From: Bacillota bacterium
Lineage (GTDB): Bacteria; Bacillota; Limnochordia; Darwinibacteriales; Darwinibacteriaceae
Direction of reading: 5' to 3'
Assembly (NCBI GenBank): GCA_012837385.1
Contig: DURH01000066.1
Span: forward strand, 7,717 to 71,716
Length of the DNA: 64,000 bases
The position numbers and the translations under genes are program-made. Under the pieces are notes generated by a model. The model saw nothing but the letters and a program-made list of their open reading frames with translations. It had not been told where the DNA came from and did no database searches. Below are positions 57,657 to 64,000 of this stretch, piece after piece; within the stretch, counting starts at the first letter, position 1, and each line of letters opens with the position of its first letter.

Positions 57657-60065
57657 ATGTCGAATAGGCAGGGTACAGTCCCGCCAACAGGGGGTGTACC
57701 TATGCCCAAGTGGGGTTTTGGCAGTATTCGAAACCGCGTCCTTGCCCTATTCCTAGCAGTGGTGCTAGCTTTCACTCTAGCTGTGATGATCATCACAGGC
57801 GTCCTAACCCGCTCCTTGGTGACTGACCTGGTGGTGGAAAACGCCCAAGCACTCGTCCACCATCAAAGCCACATTATCTCCCTGTGGCAGAAAGAGCGCG
57901 TCGCCGATCTGGAGCAGCTTGCCAACTCTGACCTCCTGGAGACCATGGATTGGGACAGCATCGAGCCGTACCTGCTGCGTCAAATCGAAGAAGCTCCCCC
58001 CTACTACCTGATCTTCTTCGTAGCAGAACCAGACGGTTCCTACAATACTACGAGCCAGCGCAACGCGGGAAGCATCGCGGACCGAGAGTACTTCCCCAAG
58101 GTTCTAGCTGGCGAAACAGTCATTACTGGACCCCTTGTGTCCCGCTCCACCACGCAGCGGGTGATCATTATCGCCACTCCCATCTGGAACCAAGACCGCA
58201 GCTCAGTGAGAGGTGTCCTGGGGCTTTCCATGGACCTCGAAGAACTGTTTCGGGGATCCCAGGAGCTGATGGTTTCTGCTCAGCAAGACTCCCTCTACCT
58301 TATCGATGAAGACGGATACTTCATCATCCACCATGACCCCGATTTGATCATGAACGCACGCATCCAGGATGTGTTCCCTGGTTGGGATGATCTGCCGAAG
58401 CAATCCGGATCATTTTCCGCTGTAGATGACGGCCGCAGCTATCAAGCCTATTACCAAAAACTGCCAGACCCCAGCGGTTGGACAGTGGCGGTTAGGGTAC
58501 CCACCTCTTACTTCAGCGCACCAGTAAACAAGCTGATCCTTCACCTCACCGCGGTGGCCGTGGGGGGCTTCGCCTTGGTGCTGTGGCTGGGTTCGTGGTT
58601 TTCCTCCACAATATCCAAACCCATCGTGGAACTGAACCAGGTTTTCCGCAGAGGTGCCCAAGGTGATCTCACCGTGCGGGCTCAAGTGAAGACCCGGGAC
58701 GAAATCGGGGAAACAGGAGCTTCCTTTAACCGCATGATGGAAACCATCGGCAGCATGACCTATTATGATCCCTTGACGGGGCTGCCTAACAGGGATCACT
58801 TTATGAACAGCCTAGAAAGCGCGCTGAACAGCGGCGGCTCCGCTGTGATCCTCGCCCTAGTCGCCATTCGGGACCTGCCAGAGATCAAGACCTTTCTAGA
58901 TCGAGGCGAAATGGACCGCCTGCTCATGCACATCGCCAGAAAGCTGGAGGAAGTGGGTGACGATGACCTGATCATCGCCCGTATCTCCGAAGGCGAGTTT
59001 GGCCTAATTATTCCCGCCAACGCCAATGCGGTGCTGCAGGTAATCGACAGGTTGGATCAGCTCCTAGCCAAGCCCCTGCCCTATCAAGACGAACTCTCTG
59101 TGCGCCTCAGCGGCGGGATCAGCATCAGCTTGGACCAGGACCTCAGCGCCGATCTCTTTTACCAGCAAGCCCAGGCCGCCCTGTATGAAGCGGAGCACAG
59201 TGCCGATGAGTCCCTCAAGCTTTACGATCCCAATGTACACCATGCGCTGGTAGAGCGTATGCGCTTCCAGACCGAGATCCGCAACGCTCTGGATCACGGG
59301 CAGTTCGTTGTGTACTACCAGCCTGTGGTGGATTTGCTCAGCAAGAGTGTCGTGGGCAAAGAAGCATTGATTCGCTGGAACCATCCCTCCCGGGGCCTGC
59401 TGGCACCGGGACAGTTCCTGCCAGCAGCGGAGCAGGGCGGCCTCGTGGAGCGCATTGGAGAGTATATGCTCCACAAAGTCTGCGCCCAGCATGAAGAATG
59501 GCTTAAGGCTGGTTTGAAGCCCGGTTGGGTTTCGGTGAACATCTCAGCTCTCCATTTCCGTTCACCCCACTTCCCCGCCCAAGTGCAGTCCATCCTGGCC
59601 AGCTATGACATCCCTAGGGAGATGTTGAGGATCGAAATCACTGAGGAGGCCATGCTGGAGCCTACCCCTGAAGTGCTGGAAAACTTCCACGCCCTGAGCA
59701 GCATGGGTATTTACATTGCCATCGACGATTTTGGCACCGCTTACTCCTCCCTGCAGTATCTGGCCAGCTATCCTATGCAGGCCCTAAAGATTGATAAGGT
59801 CTTTGTGGACTCCATAGATCGCAGTACCAGGATGCAGGGGTTAGTCAAATCCATTATTGGTATGGGAAACAACCTCTCCATGGAAGTTGTGGCAGAGGGT
59901 GTGGAACGGGAAAACCAGCTGCAGCTGCTGCAGAAAATGGGCTGTCTGAAAGCTCAAGGCTACTTGTTCAGCCAGCCGGTTCCCTGGAAAGACTATCTAG
60001 GAGTGCAGCGCAGGATCAGTGAACATCTGGGGGAGATGGGGACCTTGCTTGGTACCCGAAGCTAA
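57657..60065 (+). CDS. membrane sensor: Cache-like periplasmic domain - HAMP - degenerate GGDEF - EAL phosphodiesterase
   Basis: TM1 near residue 30, a periplasmic region of about 250 aa (Cache-like), TM2 and HAMP. The GGDEF position reads RISEGEF, which is degenerate. The EAL motifs are intact: EALIRW, DDFGTAYSSL, KIDKVF, EGVE. The likely start is the ATG near 57702 (MPKWGF). Confidence 0.85.
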   Translation: MSNRQGTVPPTGGVPMPKWGFGSIRNRVLALFLAVVLAFTLAVMIITGVLTRSLVTDLVVENAQALVHHQSHIISLWQKERVADLEQLANSDLLETMDWDSIEPYLLRQIEEAPPYYLIFFVAEPDGSYNTTSQRNAGSIADREYFPKVLAGETVITGPLVSRSTTQRVIIIATPIWNQDRSSVRGVLGLSMDLEELFRGSQELMVSAQQDSLYLIDEDGYFIIHHDPDLIMNARIQDVFPGWDDLPKQSGSFSAVDDGRSYQAYYQKLPDPSGWTVAVRVPTSYFSAPVNKLILHLTAVAVGGFALVLWLGSWFSSTISKPIVELNQVFRRGAQGDLTVRAQVKTRDEIGETGASFNRMMETIGSMTYYDPLTGLPNRDHFMNSLESALNSGGSAVILALVAIRDLPEIKTFLDRGEMDRLLMHIARKLEEVGDDDLIIARISEGEFGLIIPANANAVLQVIDRLDQLLAKPLPYQDELSVRLSGGISISLDQDLSADLFYQQAQAALYEAEHSADESLKLYDPNVHHALVERMRFQTEIRNALDHGQFVVYYQPVVDLLSKSVVGKEALIRWNHPSRGLLAPGQFLPAAEQGGLVERIGEYMLHKVCAQHEEWLKAGLKPGWVSVNISALHFRSPHFPAQVQSILASYDIPREMLRIEITEEAMLEPTPEVLENFHALSSMGIYIAIDDFGTAYSSLQYLASYPMQALKIDKVFVDSIDRSTRMQGLVKSIIGMGNNLSMEVVAEGVERENQLQLLQKMGCLKAQGYLFSQPVPWKDYLGVQRRISEHLGEMGTLLGTRS

Positions 60066-60077
60066 TTTCATAATGAA

Positions 60078-61004
60078 ATGAGGATACATATGTCAGATTA
60101 TCTTCTCGGCATAGATATTGGAGCCACCAATACGCGGATTGCCATTGTGGACCACACAGGCAGCATCATTGCCAGCGAGCGGATGCCCTCCCAGATGTCT
60201 GCCGGGGCCCCTTTTTTCCAGGAAGTGGGCGCCAAAGCCCGCAGTCTCGGTGAAGCTTACCAGGTGCAGGCTGTTGGCGCGGGTTCCGCGGGGCAGCTCC
60301 ACCACAAGACCGGCGTGTACCTGCCGGGACTCTATCCCACTGCCCCTTGGGTAGATGTCCCTCTCAAGGAGATCCTGGAAACCCAGACGGGCCTCCCCTC
60401 CTTTGTAGACAATGACTGCAAAATCCATGCCTATGCGGAAATGAAAGTGGGCGCAGCCCAAGGTTTAACCGATTTCATTTCCCTCACTTTAGGCACAGGG
60501 CTGGGAGGCGGCATAATCGCCAACGGCCAGCTAGTACACGGAGCCAAAGGCATCGCCGGCCATGTGGGGCATATCAGTATTGAACCAGATGGGCCCCTCT
60601 GCCCCTGCGGCAACAGGGGATGTTTAGAACTCTACGCCTCTGGCACCGCGGTAGCCAAAATGGGCAGTGCAGCCTATGGTGAGGAGATCAGCTCACCAGA
60701 GGTATTTCGCAAGGCAGCCAGTGGAGATGCCACCGCCTGCACGGTGATCGAAAAAATGGCCGCAGCCCTAGGCAGGGGCCTAGGCGCCATGGCCAACATC
60801 TTCGATCCCCAGGCGTTTGTGCTGGGGGGCAGTATTTTGGAATGGTACCCCCTGTTGGAAGAAACGCTGCTGAGCAGTTTCCGCAGCAGTGCCATGAACG
60901 AACTCCGGGACGTACCCATCCTCCAATCCCCACTGGAAGGCCGGGGCGGAGTGATCGGAGCCGCCCTATATGCCCTGGACGAGTTACGAAAACAGCGCAG
61001 CTAA
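60078..61004 (+). CDS. ROK-family sugar kinase (glucokinase-like)
   Basis: LGIDIGATNTR (ATP motif) and the CPCGNRGCLE zinc motif. The likely start is the ATG at 60090. Confidence 0.85.
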   Translation: MRIHMSDYLLGIDIGATNTRIAIVDHTGSIIASERMPSQMSAGAPFFQEVGAKARSLGEAYQVQAVGAGSAGQLHHKTGVYLPGLYPTAPWVDVPLKEILETQTGLPSFVDNDCKIHAYAEMKVGAAQGLTDFISLTLGTGLGGGIIANGQLVHGAKGIAGHVGHISIEPDGPLCPCGNRGCLELYASGTAVAKMGSAAYGEEISSPEVFRKAASGDATACTVIEKMAAALGRGLGAMANIFDPQAFVLGGSILEWYPLLEETLLSSFRSSAMNELRDVPILQSPLEGRGGVIGAALYALDELRKQRS

Positions 61005-61011
61005 TGCCAAA

Positions 61012-61036
61012 GGAGGCCCTGGGGCCTCCCTTTCTG
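61012..61036. terminator. hairpin terminator between ROK kinase and pepA (convergent)
   Basis: GGAGGCCC-TG-GGGCCTCC followed by CTTTCTGT. Confidence 0.45.
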
Positions 61037-61049
61037 TGTCCGTATAGAC

Positions 61050-62525
61050 CTATAGATAGGTTTCGGCAAAATGGTAGAGCAGCCGCACCCCTGCTCCGGT
61101 GGCCCCTTCGCTGAGGTAATCTCCATCCTTAGAAGCAAAGGCGGTTCCGGCGATGTCCAGGTGCAGCCAAGGCTTATCCTGCACAAACTCCTCCAGGAAG
61201 AGCCCTGCAGTGATGGTGCCAGCCTCACGGCCCCCCACGTTTCTGAGGTCAGCGTGGGGCGTTTTGTTTTGCTCCTTGTATTCAGGAAAACTGGGCAGCT
61301 GCCACACCTTCTCCCCGCACTGCTGAGACGCCTGCTGCAGCCTCTCATACAGCCCTGAGTCATTCGTAATCACGCCAGTGGTGATATTGCCCAGGGCCAC
61401 AATGACAGCGCCGGTGAGGGTAGCTGCATCCACCACCACTGAAGCGTTTTCCTTGGTAATGATGTAGTGGATGGCATCGGCCAAAGTCAAACGCCCTTCG
61501 GCATCGGTAGACTCCACCATCACGCTCTTGCCGGCCATGGTACCGATGATGTCGCCAGGCCTGTAGCCGGTGCCAGACACCAGGTTCTCACAGGCTGCCA
61601 CCACAGCCACTACGTTCAGGCGTACTTTTTCCCTGGACAAGGCGCTCATGGCCCCGATCACCGCGGCGGCCCCAGCCATGTCGTACTTCATGGTATGCAT
61701 GCCCTGGGCCTGTTTTAGGGACAGCCCGCCGCTGTCGAAGGTCATGCCCTTGCCCACCAAGCCCAGTACCTGCTCGGGATTACCAGGATCGCCCAGATGA
61801 CGCATGATAATCAGTCGAGGCTCATTCACACTGGCTTTGCCAACCTCCAAAAAGGCGACCATGCCCAGTTTTTCAATCTCTTCCTTGTCCAGCACTTCCA
61901 CAGAAAAACCGTACTGCTCCCCTGCCTTTTGGGCCTCAGCAGCCAAGCGCGCCGGAGTCATCACATTGGCTGGCTCATTCACTAAATCACGGGCCAGGTT
62001 GGTGGCTTCTCCCAAGGCCTGCCCCAGCTTGATCCCGGCAATAACCTCTACTTCCTGCTCAGGCGTGTAACCGATCTGCAGGGACCTCAAGGAGCGCTCC
62101 TTCTTTTCCCCCAGATAGCGCTCGAAACGATAGGCAGCCAGCAGTCCCGCCTCAGTAAGGGCTCTGGCCACATCTCCAGGAGCGAGCCGCTCACTAGCCC
62201 AAGGCAGAACGGTTAGGGCCTGGATTTTCAGCTTCTCCGCCTGCTTCAGCACTGAGCCGAAAGCCCGGCGCACCTTTTCTAGGGTGAGCTCTTCCCCTTT
62301 GCCCAAACCTCCCGCCACAGCCTTGACGGGGGTTTCCCGTCCGGCCGGCACATACACACAGGCTGCCGTCTCTCCGGACTTGCCGGAAAACCCTTGGGCC
62401 AACAGGAGAGTCTTAACCTCCTGGCTGGGCCAGGCATAATCCTGCAGGTCTTCTTCAGTAACCAAGAGAACCAGATCTTCCACTAAGTCTCTGCTAAATT
62501 CAAAAGCACGAATTTCCAAGTGCAC
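61050..62525 (-). CDS. pepA: leucyl aminopeptidase (M17 family)
   Basis: NTDAEGRL-type motif (STDAEGRLTLADA), the GKGMTFDSGG region and the M17 catalytic domain. Confidence 0.9.
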   Translation of the reverse strand: MHLEIRAFEFSRDLVEDLVLLVTEEDLQDYAWPSQEVKTLLLAQGFSGKSGETAACVYVPAGRETPVKAVAGGLGKGEELTLEKVRRAFGSVLKQAEKLKIQALTVLPWASERLAPGDVARALTEAGLLAAYRFERYLGEKKERSLRSLQIGYTPEQEVEVIAGIKLGQALGEATNLARDLVNEPANVMTPARLAAEAQKAGEQYGFSVEVLDKEEIEKLGMVAFLEVGKASVNEPRLIIMRHLGDPGNPEQVLGLVGKGMTFDSGGLSLKQAQGMHTMKYDMAGAAAVIGAMSALSREKVRLNVVAVVAACENLVSGTGYRPGDIIGTMAGKSVMVESTDAEGRLTLADAIHYIITKENASVVVDAATLTGAVIVALGNITTGVITNDSGLYERLQQASQQCGEKVWQLPSFPEYKEQNKTPHADLRNVGGREAGTITAGLFLEEFVQDKPWLHLDIAGTAFASKDGDYLSEGATGAGVRLLYHFAETYL

Positions 62526-62551
62526 ATTCCTCCCTGTAAGTTAGATCGAGG

Positions 62552-63832
62552 CTAGTTATCCACATCCAAGAGCTCCAGCTTGCTCTGGGCGGTAATGGCT
62601 TTACTGTCCCCGTGGCGTACCTGGCTCATGGTGAGAAAAGCTAACGCCATAAACACCGCCGCATAGGGAAAGAGGGTACCGTAACCCACATGTTCCATAA
62701 AGAAGCCAGAGAGCACGGGGGTGAGAATTTGGGCTGACATGGATGCTGTGTAGTAATAGCCTGTGTACTTGCCAATATCTGACCCCTTAGCCATCTCCAC
62801 CACCATGGGGTAGGAGTTTACGTTAATGGCTGCCCAAGCAAAGCCGATTAACACCAAAAGCACATTCAAGAGCGGAGTAAAGCTGGTGAAAAAGGCGGCA
62901 GTGGCAAAGCACAGCCCCAAAACGGTAATTCCGGCCATAATCGTCTTCTTTCGGCCGATTTTCCCAGCAATGAGCCCAGCTGGAATAAAGGCAATCACCG
63001 CGGCCACCGTGGCCAGCATCAAGCTGTTGGCGAAGCCTCCTCCCGCGATGCCCAAGTAGTCCTGGGCATATTTGGAAAAGGCAGTCGTCACCGCATTATA
63101 GGCGAAGAACCAGAAGAAAATCGAAGCAAGGATCAGCCAGAAACTGCGCTTCACCGCTGGGTCCATGGCTGCTGCCTTCACCTTGGCTCCCCGCTTAGGC
63201 TTCTCCTCTTTCTCTTCATACACTTGCATCTCGGCGGCAATTTTCTTCTCCTTAATGGTCAGGAACAGCACCACCACAGCCACCACCATCAGAACCGCGA
63301 CCCCGGCAAAGATGGGTAGGTAGTTGGGCTTACCCGTCTTCGGCACCAAAGCCGAGATAAGTACTAGGGAAAAGACTGCACCCAGGGCTCCCATCAAGTT
63401 GATGATCCCATTAGCCTGTGAACGGAGAGGCTTGGGGGTGACATCGGGCATAAGTGCCACCGCAGGAGAACGATAAGTACTCATAGCCACCAGAGCGATG
63501 AGGAGAACAACAACAAAGAACGGAAAGTTCACCACATTGTCCGCCACCGGAATCAGCAGCATGGTCAGTACAGCCACAGCAGTACCTCCCAGGATAAAGG
63601 GCATGCGCCTGCCCAGCTTGGTATCTACCCGGTCAGAGAGCGCACCAAACAAGGGCAGCATAAAGAGGGCCAGCACATTATCTAGGGCCATCACAACCCC
63701 TGCTGCTGTGTCACCCACGGCAAAAGTGTGCTTCAGGATTAGGGGAATAATGCTGTCATAGATCTGCCAGAAGGCCGAAATCGACATAAAGGCCAAGCCG
63801 ATAAAAAAAGTCCTCCGATAGTTCAGCTTCAA
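62552..63832 (-). CDS. MFS transporter
   Basis: 12-TM MFS layout with a central charged loop. Confidence 0.85.
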   Translation of the reverse strand: MKLNYRRTFFIGLAFMSISAFWQIYDSIIPLILKHTFAVGDTAAGVVMALDNVLALFMLPLFGALSDRVDTKLGRRMPFILGGTAVAVLTMLLIPVADNVVNFPFFVVVLLIALVAMSTYRSPAVALMPDVTPKPLRSQANGIINLMGALGAVFSLVLISALVPKTGKPNYLPIFAGVAVLMVVAVVVLFLTIKEKKIAAEMQVYEEKEEKPKRGAKVKAAAMDPAVKRSFWLILASIFFWFFAYNAVTTAFSKYAQDYLGIAGGGFANSLMLATVAAVIAFIPAGLIAGKIGRKKTIMAGITVLGLCFATAAFFTSFTPLLNVLLVLIGFAWAAINVNSYPMVVEMAKGSDIGKYTGYYYTASMSAQILTPVLSGFFMEHVGYGTLFPYAAVFMALAFLTMSQVRHGDSKAITAQSKLELLDVDN

Positions 63833-63981
63833 TCTAAAGCCCCTCCTTCAAAGATATGGACTGACCTTATCTTTTTCTCCAAAACCCACAAATTCCCTGC
63901 ATAAGGAAAGTATCAGAAAAGGAAGGATTTTCAAATTGTGTATAGAAGTAGTAGTTATTATTAATAAGAGGAGGTTGGACT

Positions 63982-64000
63982 ATGAAGGAGTTTGAAGCCG
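63982..64000 (+). CDS. start of unknown CDS (MKEFEA...), continues beyond window
   Basis: AGGAGGTTGGACT RBS followed by an ATG at 63982; only 6 codons are visible. Confidence 0.3.

Overview
This is a gene-dense (over 90% coding), moderately GC-rich (roughly 57-58% by eye) chromosomal window from an endospore-forming, Rnf-encoding Firmicutes/Clostridia-like anaerobe. I found no rRNA, tRNA, CRISPR array, IS element or integrase; intergenic gaps are at most about 250 bp, and the long antisense ORFs are high-GC shadow frames. The gene content, in order, is as follows. A peptidoglycan module (partial SpoVD/FtsI-like PBP, DD-carboxypeptidase, FemAB-family transferase, alanine racemase). A nitrilase-family hydrolase, an orphan CsoR, an M23/LysM peptidase. 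A complete rnfCDGEAB cluster with apbE and trxB, preceded by trmL. A secreted or envelope cluster (beta-barrel-like protein ending in F, LolA-fold-like protein, FmdB zinc ribbon, M48 protease fused to a beta-propeller, PsbP/DUF1795-like protein). LacI, an FMN GltS-like protein, and the co-directional string thrE(N)-thrE(C)-TGS/uridine-kinase-like-B12-radical-SAM(DUF4080). An M20 peptidase, Fe-ADH, MATE, Ogt, and a HAD nucleotidase with no canonical start. A Cas4-like Fe-S PD-(D/E)XK nuclease translationally coupled to an MscS channel, at the end of a long co-directional string (TetR, peptide/nickel SBP plus two permeases, ABC-2 ATPase plus 560-aa permease). A split chromate transporter, HD-GYP, phosphoglucomutase. 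A germinant-receptor operon gerA-C-(small 2-TM D-like)-B, a 71-aa orphan ORF, and the operon fliD-FlgN/FliT-like-SAM-MTase-ComFB-like. A cold-shock protein with a long leader, an alpha/beta hydrolase, DegV, a tyrosine-phenol-lyase-type lyase, CcdA/TlpA, cardiolipin synthase, Cache-HAMP-(degenerate GGDEF)-EAL, ROK kinase, PepA and an MFS transporter. Nothing matches a named mobile or defence island. The most unusual candidates are the MscS-nuclease coupling, the outer-membrane-type module in a spore former, the TGS/Udk plus B12-rSAM operon, the four-gene germinant-receptor layout, and the ComFB-like gene in a flagellar operon alongside c-di-GMP turnover genes.
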